Positions 25,001 to 36,720 are shown, counted from the first letter of the stretch. The stretch is 64,000 nt of DNA from Nitrospirales bacterium (GCA_965203295.1 CBDBCZ010000015.1:1056001-1120000); one strand, 5' to 3'. The notes: generated by a model not told the origin, from the letters alone. Numbers and translations: made by a program.

Positions 25001-28000
25001 CTGAAGATTAGGAAAGAAGGATTTTATTGATAATTGTTAGTTTTGTAGGTCTCTTGCAAAGACTTTCAGCCAAAGTAACTAGCTACCATTGATCTGACCC
25101 TTCCCAACTGTTTAGGAAAAGAACTGGTTATTCAAAGGCTTGTTTAGTTTGAATGATGTTAGTCTGAAGAATAGGAAAGAAGAATTTTATTGAAAATCGT
25201 TAGTTTTGTTGGTCTCTAGCAAAGACTTTAAGCCAAAGTAACTAGCTACCATTGATCTGACCCTTCCCAACTGTTTAGGAAAAGAACTAGTTATTCAAAG
25301 TCTTGTTTAGTTTGAATGATGTTAGTCTGAAGATTAGGAAAGAAGGATTTTATTGAAAATTGTTAGTTTTTTTGGTCTCTAGCAAAGACTTTAAGCCAAA
25401 GTTACTAGCTACCATTGATCTGACCCTACCGAACTATTTAGAAAATGAGCTGGTTATTCAAAGGCTTGTTTTGTTTTAATGATATTTGTCAGATACAATA
25501 CATGCTTAGGAAGTATCAATTGTCAAGAAAGGAACTGGTTATTTAAAGCTTGTTTAGTTTGGTTGATGTTAGTCTGAAGATTAGGAAAGAAGGATTTTAT
25601 TTAAAATTGTTAGTTTTTTTGTCTCTAGCAAAGACTTTAAGCCAAAGTAACTTGCTACCATTTATCTGACCCTTCCCAACTGTTTAGAAAAAGAGCTGGT
25701 TATTCAAAGGCCTGTTTAGTTTTGTTGATGTTAGCCTGAAGATTAGGAAAGAAGTATTTTATAGAAAATCGTTAGTTTTGTTAGTCTCTAACAAAGACTT
25801 TGAGCCTGAGTAACTAACTACCATTGATCTGACCCTTCCCAACTGTTTAGGAAAAGAACTGTTTATTCAAAGGCTTGTTTAGTTTAAATGATGTTAGTCG
25901 GATACAATACATGCTTAGGAAGTATCGATGTTCAAGAAAGGAACTGGTTATTCAAAGGCTTGTTTAGTTTGGTTGATATTAGTCTGCAGATTAGGAAAGA
26001 AGGATTTTATTGAAAATTGTTAGTTTTGTTGGTCTCTAGCAAAGACTTTAAGCCAAAGTAACTAGCTACCATTGATCTGACCCTTCCCAACTGTTTAGGA
26101 AAAGAACTTGTTATTCAAAGGCTTGTTTAGTTTGAATGAAGTTAGTCTGTTGATTAGGAAAGAAGGATTTTATTGAAAATTGTTAGTTTTGTTGGTCTCT
26201 AGCAAAGACTTTAAGCCAAAGTAACTAGCTACCATTTATCTGACCATGCTTAGAAAGTATCGATGTTCAAGAAAGGAACTGGTTATTCAAAGGCTTGTTT
26301 AGTTGGCTTGATGTTAGTCTGCAGATTAGAAAAGAAGTATTTTATAGAAAATCGTTAGTTTTATTGGTCTCTAGCAAAGACTTTGAGCCAAAGTAACTAG
26401 CTACCATTGATCTGACCCTTCCCAACTGTTTAGGAAAAGAACTGGTTATTCAAAGGCTTGTTTAGTTTAAATGATGTTAGTCGTATACAATACATGCTTA
26501 GGAAATATCGATGTTCAAGAAAGGAACTGGTTATTCAAAGGCTTGTTTAGTTTGGTATATGTTAGTCTGCAGATTAGGAAAGAAGTATTGTATAGAAAAT
26601 CATTAGTTTTGTTAGTCTCTAGCAAAGACTTTGAGCCAAAGTAACTAGCTACCATTGATCTGACCCTTCCCAACTGTTTAGGAAAATAACTGGTTATTCA
26701 AAAGCTTATTTAGTTTGAATGATGTTGGTCATATACAATACACGCTTAGGAAGTATCGATGTTCAAGAAAGGAACTTGTTATTCAAAGGCTTTTTTAGTT
26801 TGGTTGATGTTAGTCTGAAGATTAGGAAAGAAGGATTTTATTTAAAATTGTTAGTTTTGTTGATCTCAGGCAAAGACTTTCAGCCAAAGTAACTAGCTAC
26901 CATTGATCTGACCCTTCCCAACTGTTTAGGAAAAGAGTCTGTTATTCAAAGGCTTGTTTAGTTTGAATGATGTTAGTCAGATACAATACATGCTTAGGAA
27001 GTATTGTTGTTCAAGAAAGGAACTGGTTATTCAAAGGCTAGTTTAGTTTGAATGATGTTAGTCAAATACAATATATCCTTAGGAAGTATCGATGTTCAAG
27101 AAAGGAACTGGTTATTCAAAGGCTTGTTTAATTTTGTTGATGTTAGTCTGCAGATTAGGAAAGAAGTATTTTATAGAAAATCGTTAGTTTTGTTGGTCTA
27201 GCTACCATTGATCTGACCCTTCCCTACATTTTAGGAAAAGAACTGGTTATTGAAAGGCTTGATTAGCTTAAATGATGTTAGTCGGATACAATACGTGTTT
27301 CGGAAGTGTCGATGTTCAAGAAAGGAACTGGTTATTCAAAGGCTTGTTTAGTTTGGTTGATGTTAGTCTGAAGATTAGGAAAGAAGGATTTTATTGAAAA
27401 TCGTTAGTTTCGTTGGTCTCTAGCAAAGACTTTAAGCCAAAGTAACTAGCTACCATTTATCTGACCCTTCCCAACTGTTTAGAAAAAGAACTGGTTATTC
27501 AAAGGCTTGTTTAGTTTGAATGATGTTAGTCTGAAGATTAGGAAAGAAGGATTTTATTGAAAATTGTTAGTTTTGTTAGTCTCTAGCAAAGACTTTAAGC
27601 CAAAGTAACTAGCTAACATTTTTCTGACCCTTCTTAACTGTTTAGAAAAGAACTGGTTATTGAAAGGCCCGTTTAGTTTTGTTGATGTTAGCCTGAAGAT
27701 TAGGAAAGAAGGATTTTATTGATAATTGTTAGTTTTGTAGGTCTCTTGCAAAGACTTTCAGCCAAAGTAACTAGCTACCATTGATCTGACCCTTCCCAAC
27801 TGTTTAGGAAAAGAACTGGTTATTCAAAGGCTTGTTTAGTTTGAATGATGTTAGTCTGAAGAATAGGAAAGAAGAATTTTATTGAAAATCGTTAGTTTTG
27901 TTGGTCTCTAGCAAAGACTTTAAGCCAAAGTAACTAGCTACCATTGATCTGACCATGCTTAGGAAGTATCGATGTTCAAGAAAGGAACTGGTTATTCAAA

Positions 28001-31000
28001 GGCTTGTTTAGTTTGCTTGATGTTAGTCTGCAGATTAGAAAAGAAGTATTTTATAGAAAATCGTTATTTTTGTTGGTCTCTAGCAAAGACTTTGAGCCAA
28101 AGTAACTAGCTACCATTGATCTGACCCTTCCCAACTGTTTAGGAAAAGAACTGGTTATTCAAAGGCCTGTTTAGTTTTGTTGATTTTAGTCTGAAAATTA
28201 GGAAAGAAGGATTTTATTGAAAATTGTTAGTTTTGTTGGTCTCTAGCAAAGACTTTAAGCCAAAGTTACTAGCTACCATTGATCTGACCCTTCCGAACTA
28301 TTTAGAAAATGAGCTGGTTATTCAAAGGCTTGTTTTGTTTTAATGATATTAGTCAGATACAATACATGCTTAGGAAGTATCAATGTTCAAGAAAGGAACT
28401 GGTTATTCAAAGCTTGTTTAGTTTGGTTGATGTTAGTCTGAAGATTAGGAAAGAATGATTTTATTTAAAATTGTTAGTTTTTTTGTCTCTAGCAAAGACT
28501 TTAAGTCAAAGTAACTTGCTACCATTTATCTGACCCTTCCCAACTGTTTAGAAAAAGAGCTGGTTATTCAAAGGCCTGTTTAGTTTTGTTGATGTTAGCC
28601 TGAAGATTAGGAAAGAAGTATTTTATAGAAAATCATTAGTTTTGTTAGTCTCTAACAAAGACTTTGAGCCTGAGTAACTAAACACCATTGATCTGACCCT
28701 TCCCAACTGTTTAGGAAAAGAACTTTTTATTCAAAGGCTTGTTTAGTTTAAATGATGTTAGTCGGATACAATACATGCTTAGGAAGTATCGATGTTCAAG
28801 AAAGGAACTGGTTATTCAAAGGCTTGTTTAGTTTGGTTGATATTAGTCTGCAGATTAGGAAAGAAGGATTTTATTGAAAATTGTTAGTTTTGTTGGTCTC
28901 TAGCAAAGACTTTAAGCTAAAGTAACTAGCTACCATTGATCTGACCCTTCCCAACTGTTTAGGAAAAGAACTTGTTATTCAAAGGCTTGTTTAGTTTGAA
29001 TGAAGTTAGTCTGTTGATTAGGAAAGAAGGATTTTATTGAAAATTGTTAGTTTTGTTGGTCTCTAGCAAAGACTTTAAGCCAAAGTAACTAGCTACCATT
29101 TATCTGACCATGCTTAGGAAGTATCGATGTTCAAGAAAGGAACTGGTTATTCAAAGGCTTGTTTAGTTTGCTTGATGTTAGTCTGCAGATTAGAAAAGAA
29201 GTATTTTATAGAAAATCTTTAGTTTTGTTGGTCTCTAGCAAAGACTTTGAGCCAAAGTAACTAGCTACCATTGATCTGACCCTTCCCAACTGTTTAGGAA
29301 AAGAACTGGTTATTCAAAGGCTTGTTTAGTTTAAATGATGTTAGTCGTATACAATACATGCTTAGGAAATATCGATGTTCAAGAAAGGAACTGGTTATTC
29401 AAAGGCTTGTTTGGTTTGGTATATGTATGTCTGCAGATTAGGAAAGAAGTATTGTATAGAAAATCATTAGTTTTGTTAGTCTTTAGCAAAGACTTTGAGC
29501 CGAAGTAACTAGCTACCATTGATCTGACCCTTCCCAACTGTTTAGGAAAAGAACTGGTTATTCAAAAGCTTATTTAGTTTGAATGATGTTAGTCATATAC
29601 AATACACGCTTAGGAAGTATCGATGTTCAAGAAAGGAACTTGTTATTCAAATGCTTTTTTAGTTTGGTTGATGTTAGTCTGAAGATTAGGAAAGAAGGAT
29701 TTTATTTAAAATTGTTAGTTTTGTTGATCTCAGGCAAAGACTTTCAGCCAAAGTAACTAGCTACCATTGATCTGACCCTTCCCAACTGTTTAGGAAAAGA
29801 GTCTGTTATTCAAAGGCTTGTTTAGTTTGAATGATGTTAGTCAGATACAATACATGCTTAGGAAGTATCGTTGTTCAAGAAAGGAACTGGTTATTCAAAG
29901 GCTAGTTTAGTTTGAATAATGTTAGTCAAATACAATATATCCTTAGGAAGTATCGATGCTCAAGAAAGGAACTGGTTATTCAAAGGCTTGTTTAATTTTG
30001 TTGATGTTAGTCTGCAGATTAGGAAAGAAGTATTTTATAGAAAATCGTTAGTTTTGTTGGTCTAGCTACCATTGATCTAACCCTTCCCTACATTTTAGGA
30101 AAAGAACTGGTTATTGAAAGGCTTGATTAGCTTAAATGATGTTAGTCGGATACAATACGTGTTTCGGAAGTGTCGATGTTCAAGAAAAGAACTGGTTATT
30201 CAAAGGCTTGTTTAGTTTGGTTGATGTTAGTCTTAAGATTAGGAAAGAAGGATTTTATTGAAAATCGTTAGTTTTGTTGGTCTCTAGCAAAGACTTTAAG
30301 CCAAAGTAACTAGCTACCATTTATCTGACCCTTCCCAACTGTTTAGAAAAAGAACTGGTTATTCAAAGGCTTGTTTAGTTTGAATGATGTTAGTCTGAAG
30401 ATTAGGAAAGAAGGATTTTATAGAAAATTGTTAGTTTTGTTGGTCTCTAGCAAAGACTTTAAGCCAAAGTAACTAGCTAACATTTTTCTGACCCTTCTTA
30501 ACTGTTTAGAAAAGAACTGGTTATTGAAAGGCCTGTTTAGTTTTGTTGATTTTAGCCTGAAGATAAGGAAAGAAGGATTTTATTGATAATTGTTAGTTTT
30601 GTAGGTCTCTTGCAAAGACTTTAAGCCAAAGTAACTAGCTACCATTTATCTGACCCTTCCTAACTGTTTAGAAAAAGAACTGGTTATTCAAAGGCTGGTT
30701 TTGGTTGCATGATATTAGTCGGATACAATACATGCTTAGGAAGTATCAATGTTCAAGAAAGGAACTGGTTATTCAAAGGCTTGTTTAGTTTGGTTAATGT
30801 TAGTCTGAAGATTAGGAAAGAAGGATTTTATTGAAAATTGTTAGTTTTGTTGGTCTCTAGCAAAGACTTTAAGCCAAAGTAACTAGCTACCATTGATCTG
30901 ACCCTTCCCAACTGTTTAGGAAAACAACTGGTTATTCAAAGGCTTGTTTAGTTTGAATGATGTAAGTCTGAAGATTAGGAAAGAAGGATTTTATTGAAAA

Positions 31001-31482
31001 TTGTTAGTTTTGTTGTTCTCTAGCAAAGACTTTAAGCCAAAGTAACTAGCTACCATTTATCTGACCTTTCCCAACTGTTTAGAAAAGGAACTAGTTATTC
31101 AAAGGGCTGTTTAGTTTTTTTGATGTTAGCCTTAAGATTAGGAAAGAAGGATTTTATTGAAAATTGTTAGTTTTGTTGGTCTCTTGCAATGACTTTAATT
31201 AAGCCAAAGTTACTAGCTACCATTGATCTGACCTTTCCGAACTATTTAGAAAAAGTGCTGGTTATTCAAAGGCTTGTTTTGTTTGAATGATATTAGTCAG
31301 ATACAATACATGTTTAGGAAGTATCGATGTTCAAGAAAGGAACTGGTTATTCTAAGGCTTGTTTAGTTTGGTTGATGTTTGTCTGAAGATTAGGACAGAA
31401 GGATTTTATTTAAAATTGTTAGTTTTTTTGTCTCTAGCAAAGACTTTAAGCCAAAGTAACTAGCTACCATTTATCTGGCCCT
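7073..31482 (+). repeat. Composite satellite array, block 2 (24.4 kb)
   Basis: Continuous A/B units. B period measured 7081->7166 = 85 bp. Contains the block-specific 135-bp deleted A' monomer (GTTGGTCTAGCTACC) and local higher-order repeats of ~1145, ~1642 and ~2865 bp. Confidence 0.98.
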
Positions 31483-31817
31483 ATACCCAGTATATCCAGC
31501 TTGTTCACGCTTGAATCATTGTAATCGCTTCAGCCATTATCGTGCTAGCCTGGCTAAAGAAAGAAGAAAGAATAGTACGATTACGCCCCTCGCCTCCACT
31601 GTGTCGACTTGCCCGTCTGGTACTCCAGCGAAGGTTTCTTGCAACGCCAACAGTCTTGTTGCTGATGAAAACACTCGAGATGTCATAATATGGTTCATAA
31701 AAGCCTATGACTATAATCAAAGCCGAGTTCTGAACGTATGATTTTGTACGCGTTATATGGGGCCGCCATTTTTTTGCCGTGCCATCCCTACATATGGAGT
31801 ACTATCGTACTCCATGA
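31483..31817 (-). mobile_element. Probable terminus of a non-autonomous DNA element (Helentron/HINE-like or hAT-like), truncated by the satellite
   Basis: Stem-loop ATGGAGTAC-TATC-GTACTCCAT at 31794-31815, next to CCATCCCTA (31782-31790) and GCCGCCATTTT. No partner end is visible. Confidence 0.35.
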
Positions 31818-31910
31818 TTACTTGATACATAAGCTTTTCCTCCACTTTCTGTAGCTACATTGTTAACACTTCCACTTATTTGGAGCTGTTGAAGCTTATC
31901 AGCATGTTTA

Positions 31911-32158
31911 TAATTGGGCGAGCATGAGCGAGCCCCGCACTAGTGTGTTCAATTGAGAATTTGTCTGTGCGTACGGTGTACGTACATGCGTGTGTACGTG
32001 CGTACGTACATACTGCATATTGTTTTGCGGTTCAATACAACATTTCAAATAGTTTCCGTAATATTCCAGATTGTTCACGTGGCCACGGTGGCTGCAGTGC
32101 AGCTAGCTTAGGGATGCTCTCACAGAGTAGACTGCAGCGGCAGAGGCTACAGCGTCAG
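31911..32158 (+). mobile_element. Truncated end of a putative DNA transposon/Helitron-like element with an internal (GTAC/GTGC)n microsatellite
   Basis: TAATTGGGCGAGCATGAGCGAGCCCCGCACTAGTG start, then a degenerate CGTA/CGTG tract (~31966-32012), then RLQRQRLQRQ-coding repeats. It directly abuts the end of the Pmp-like pseudogene. The opposite end is absent. Confidence 0.4.
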
Positions 32159-32752
32159 TATTATTTTGAAGTATGTTCTTCATGAGCTTTAGGCTACTGT
32201 TAACGGATTGAAGAGTACCACCCATCAAATGAGCAGAGTTTCTTTGAAACGTGTTCCTTGTGAGGGATAGCATAGAGCTTCTGACATCAAGAGAACCTCT
32301 GTAATCAGCGGTATTATTCTAAAATGTGTTTTCTGTTGGTGTAAGTTCGCTGTTGAATGTGTTGTTGTTTGCAGAGTTGTTCCATAAGTATATGCGAGGT
32401 TATTCAGAAAATGTTAAGTTTGGGATACTATTTCTAGTATTAAGACTGCCTCCTTCGTTAGCTGTCTCTGTGAGGATGGCAATGCTATTCTGACGTAGAT
32501 GGCACCTCCTTCCTTGGCAATGTTGTTCAGAAACGTGTTGTTTGTTACCATAATTCTGCTGCTCTTGTGAGCATATAGAGTACCTCCGTGATAGGCAGAG
32601 TTGTTTTGAAACATGTTTTGTGTTAGGCTAACGTCACTATTTCTCACATAAATTGCACCTCCATTTTTCTTTGCTACCAGTTGGTAAAATGTTGATCTGA
32701 AAATACAATTTGAAATTCTTGAATAGCCCACTGACAATAATTCTATTGCCAC
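32158..32752 (-). pseudogene. Decayed Pmp-like / right-handed beta-helix repeat protein gene fragment (GGAI + FxxN repeats)
   Basis: ORF 32414-32752 has GGAIYVRNSDVSLTQNMFQNNSAYHGGTLYAHKSSRIMVTNNTFLNNIAKEGGAIYVR. After frameshifts it continues ...ENTF*NNTADYRGSLDVRSSMLSLTRNTFQRNSAHLMGGTLQSVNSSLKLMKNILQNNT to ~32158. Confidence 0.8.
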
Positions 32753-32889
32753 GTTTGGAATGTGATTGTGTCCATAAAGTAGTAGAATCCTGGGCGAAGC
32801 CTAAGATAACTATTTTGTCCCATTTTATGTAAGCATCAAGTGGACAAAGTTATCGTGGCTTCCAATTTTAATTAATCCACCCAAACCTA

Positions 32890-33620
32890 TAGTGGAATCT
32901 CTATAGTAAGCATTCACCCTCGGACAATGGCTGTAATACCGTATAGCGGGAAATTTTCGCTGAGGAGAAATTTCGCCAAACCCAGATGCGTAGTATTACC
33001 GGAAAATTTCGGCAGATTTATTTTCGCGCTCATGCAATTGTCTAAAATTAAATTCGATGGCATTATCAATAATTATTCCATTCAACACAGCAGTTTAGCA
33101 GTCTCGAGAAGGTCGAAAAAGTGTCTTGCTGCCGCAGAATCTCCGTTCTCACTAGCGATTTGGACTTCAGTTCATTACTTAGCATCATACGTATAAGGCC
33201 CTCTTTTTGCCTTTGTAGCCTCTTCTTGGTGCCGAGCGTTGGTAACGGCTACGTTTGCTTCCGCAATTGCCGATGATAGCAACGAAGATGACAGTGCCCC
33301 CATTGAGTCAGGGAGCTAAATAACGCAGCAGAGCCATACCGGTAGTCGATGGTGGGCTTAACTTTCGCAGCTGCATGCTACCGTTGACTATGTGTAAAAT
33401 ATTCACCTGTTCAAATTTCACCGGTTAATTTTTCGCACTTGAGCTGACTGGCGAAATTGGCGAAAATTTACGCCGAGTGAAAATTTCCCGCTATACGGTA
33501 TAAGAGGTGGTTGTATCCACGGTATTACGAGGTCCACTGTGCACTACCAACATGTAGGTTGGGCCACATATGGTGGCCATTATAGGGAGGTGGCTGCCAC
33601 AGCGTGACCCTATTACAGAC
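32890..33620. mobile_element. Older degenerate CAGT-type (Tigger/pogo-like) MITE hosting a nested insertion
   Basis: TA-(T)AGTGGAATCTCTATAGT left end. The internal motif TGGCTGTAA-TA-AGAGGTGG is split by the inner element and recurs as TGGCCATTATAGGGAGGTGG (~33574). The right end is degraded and ambiguous. Confidence 0.4.
32939..33498 (-). mobile_element. 560-bp pogo/Tc1-mariner deletion derivative (MITE) retaining the transposase N-terminus
   Basis: Perfect 20-bp TIRs CCGTATAGCGGGAAATTTTC, with TA TSDs at 32937-38 and 33499-500. Minus strand from ATG 33337: MALLRYL / LPDSMGALSSSLLSSAIAEANVAVTNARHQEEATKAKRGPYTYDAK**TEVQIASENGDSAAARHF, resembling the Brinker-type DBD (ENGNRAAARKF) of pogo-like transposases. 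Confidence 0.88.
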
Positions 33621-34391
33621 ACAGTGAAACATACAATAAAGTACATTTAAGTACGTGCACTCATGTAGTATCTAAACATCTAGATGTACATGTATTAAAC
33701 AGGCAGATAAGTGATCGATATATAACACAGTCAGTCTGACTTTGGAACACAAAAAATTAACTCAGTTCTATAAAAAGGCTCTATAGTTCACTGGCCGTGA
33801 GAGGGTAACTGCTCTAAGGTTATTGGAGTTGATTAATTCCCTCTTTCTACTCTCCACCAGACCACAATGACGCCACACAGAGTGAACTGAAGTGGTATAT
33901 AGCAGCCAGGCAGGTGAGTCAGGAAGGCCTCCAGCTATAATTACCCACCTGCAAACTCTGATCAAACAAGTCTGACATTTCATGTCTAAAAAACCAGCCG
34001 GACGCCTTTCCCCGTACAATACACACAACTCAGCTTAGGCCAAGCTATTAAAATCCAGCACTTGGACAATTGTCATCAACGGTAGTGAGAATGAATTGGT
34101 ACAGTACAAGTTGCTTTTGGTACATGTAGCACTGCCATTTTCATAACATTGCCGCGATTGAGAATACTGCAAACTCTATGGCATGGAAATTCACGTCTGG
34201 GTCAATAGTGTGGCAATACATACATGTACGTCACATTTGTCGATCCACATGTACATACATGTACGTCTGTTAGAGATATGTCAATGATTAGCTATTGTTC
34301 ATGTTGTAGTTGTAACCATGCTCAAAGATGCTTTAGGCCCTTTCCTGTTTTCTTGTACATAGACTTCTGACTCCTGATTTTCCCTTGTCCT

Positions 34392-34436
34392 TGCCACCTG
34401 TTCTTGTGCCACCTGTTCTTGTGCCACCTGTTCTTG
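34392..34436. repeat. 15-bp minisatellite, 3 perfect copies
   Basis: (TGCCACCTGTTCTTG)x3. Reads QEQVA x3 on the minus strand within ORF 34299-34484. Confidence 0.9.
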
Positions 34437-34498
34437 GAACATTCTAGAACTCTCCTTTTTTCTATATATATCTCTTTTTGCCACTGTGTAGTAGTTGT

Positions 34499-34712
34499 TC
34501 CCGATCTGGAGACCAATACACTGAAGCAGTCACATGTTTGAGGTCCCACTACGATCGTCCCAGACTCATCCACCAAACTCATGTCAAGAAGATTGTTGAA
34601 ATTGCCCCACCTGAGGGATGGCTCTGGAAGGGAGCTCCGCCATCTACATGATACGGCACAGCACTAGAACACCATGTTTGAATGGCGAAGGTCCAGCCAA
34701 GAAACTGCAGTA
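34499..34712 (+). mobile_element. Degenerate BEL/Pao gag fragment (DUF1759-like), copy 2 (longer at 5' end)
   Basis: SRSGDQYTEAVTCLRSHYDRPRLIHQTHVKKIVEIAP / LRDGSGRELRHLHDTAQH* / NTMFEWRRSSQETAV. Confidence 0.8.
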
Positions 34713-34843
34713 TTGCTGACTGTTGTATTTGTGAGATTACGTGAGTTGCAGGAGCATGTGCATGCATATACATATACGTAAATGTAGTTGCCTTTGGCTG
34801 CTGATTGTGAAAGCTGACCATTCTTACCCTCTCCCCGTTCAAG

Positions 34844-35436
34844 GATGATCTACCTGGGAGAAAATTTCAGTGGCTTTGTTACCGTGCACAACGACAGCCA
34901 GGAGGTGGTGAAGGAAACCATCTTTAAGGTAGGTTGCAGCAGAGCCATGGAGTGAGCATCTGTACAAAATGTCATGTAACAGACAGAACTATGTACGTAT
35001 ATGATCTCTGTCTGGTCTTGCAGTCACCAAGTAATTAAAGCTACATAGTGTCGTGTCGTATTGCCAGTTTTTTTTATGACCATAAAATATCGGTGTGGGA
35101 AGGCTTAGTTGCGACCCTAGCAATATTAGGACAAATTATGCATGTAATGCATAGGTATAGGAGATGGCTGACTCTGTCTGTACTGAAGTTTTGTGTCTGA
35201 AGGCCATACAGATCTGCTCCGTTTATATTCCTTATCAGGACAAGTCACAAATGTCTATCGCTAATTGCTGCTATAGTTACTGCTCACTGCAGCACTTATC
35301 TTGAACTTGGCAGTGTGTATAGTAGTTGCGTCTTCACATTGTACAGGTGGAACTATTGACTCCATCCAGCTGGACCCGGGGGGAGTTGTTAAGAGCGAAT
35401 CATAGCGCATGAAGTAAAGGAACTGGGAGAGCACAG
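34844..35436 (+). pseudogene. TRAPPC13: Unprocessed TRAPPC13 fragment (two exons plus intron), copy 2
   Basis: Exon 34844-34928 (AG/GT, 85 bp) encodes MIYLGENFSGFVTVHNDSQEVVKETIFK, keeping the VHNDS motif. Exon 35347-35436 carries the same deletion and frameshifts as copy 1 and ends RIIAHEVKELGEH + GTAAGA. Confidence 0.87.
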
Positions 35437-35618
35437 GTAAGAGATATACGTAGCCTTGATTCGAAGCTATAAGGGATACACATAACTGTCTATGTAGGTA
35501 ATGAGAGAGTGTATGTGCATTGAAGGGAATGGGTGGGTGGGAACATCAACATAGAAGTATGTTATGTAGCTTCATATGTGACTTACGTTATTTGGACGTG
35601 GATCTATGTCACATTCAC

Positions 35619-36515
35619 CTGTAAAGGATATCTCCACTGTCCCTCCAGTGTTAGGCACGACCTAAAATGCTTTTTGTTTGTGAAGTCGCATGCAACACGC
35701 CTTTCAAAACCCTCATATAGCGGTTTTTAAAGTACAAATCTCTTGATTTCCTCAATGTTATATATTACTGCAGCCTCATCTGTACTTCCACCTACACTGT
35801 GCACTCCGCAGGAGGAGAACTGTTCCTTCGCAAATTTTTCAAGTTCAATGTAAGCATTTTACTGTAAATAGTAAAGCATTGAGTGTAACTTCGGCATTGA
35901 TTGTAAGCTGTATTCAGTCCATTGCTGACAGTGTGCTAAATTATGGTCTTGTGTCTCTTTCAAATACAGGTTGCTAAACCACTTGATGTAAAGACGAAGT
36001 TTTTTAACATAGAGGTATGTACAGAGGTGTGATAAGAGCATTAGCAAAATGTTTTTCTACGTGTGTAGGGGAATTTATGTCTGTCAGGTAGCTGAAATTC
36101 TATAACCAGCCAGAGCTTGAACAATGGACACAGGGACTGTGCAGAATAGTTACAAAGTACCTGTAGCTGATCACTGATCTGCTTGTTGAGGGTTGTCAGT
36201 AGATCTACATGTACTACTAGACAAGATCAAACACTCTGCTTCATTAACAGACCATCTCAAGAATTGTATAAAGTGCACTAACCCTGTTCCCATAGTAGCT
36301 TGTAGCCCCCACACTGTATTTTCAGAGTACCTGGGAATGAGGCCACGTAATTATGTACGTAGTTGATGGCTTGTGAATAATGAACTGCATAATAAACCAC
36401 GCAGGATGATATTCTTCTTGAAGTTCAGATCCAGAACACCACTACAGGTCCAATGTACTCGGAAGTTGTAAAGTTTGACCCTGCTGCGGGCTTTGAAGCT
36501 GTTAATCTCAACAAG
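35619..36515 (-). pseudogene. Three-exon fragment of an unidentified protein-coding gene, copy 2
   Basis: Exons 36515-36359 (157 bp, ends phase 1), 36204-36161 (44 bp, phase 1 to 0) and 36056-35619 (438 bp, phase 0). All are AG/GT-bounded and splice in frame: LVEINSFKARSRVKLYNFRVHWTCSGVLDLNFKKNIILRGLLCSSLFTSHQL-H-LLTTLNKQISDQLQ-KNILLMLLSHLC...WRYPLQ, with two TAA stops. Confidence 0.6.
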
Positions 36516-36679
36516 CTTGAAAATAAAGAGGAAGAGTAAGTCCATTTGAAATGTAAAAAACTGATGCTAACAGAGGTATAAGAATACCAGTATTTGGGTG
36601 CAGGGCTAGGAAGCAGTGTAAAATTTTAATGTTGGAGAGGAGATAAATGTAATGTTTGAGTGTAGAATAATTAGTGTGG

Positions 36680-36717
36680 CAAGAACCATGCATATGTGTA
36701 CATATGCATGGTTCTTG
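36680..36717. other. Perfect 18-bp-arm palindrome at the island/satellite junction
   Basis: CAAGAACCATGCATATGT-GT-ACATATGCATGGTTCTTG. The satellite resumes at 36721. Confidence 0.92.
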
Positions 36718-36720
36718 TGT

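Larger units (their letters stand above)
34549..36587. repeat. ~2.04-kb duplicated non-satellite segment, copy 2
   Basis: Direct repeat of 3575-5614 at an offset of ~30,974 bp. Confidence 0.97.

Noticed and set aside
31505..32185. ORFs 31505-31720, 31511-31741 and 31943-32185
   Set aside because: Short, non-ATG or low-complexity frames within probable TE termini, with no recognisable homology.
33768..34484. Minus-strand ORFs 33768-34028 and 34299-34484 as genes
   Set aside because: No recognisable domain and non-ATG starts. They may be further exon debris, but I cannot support that.
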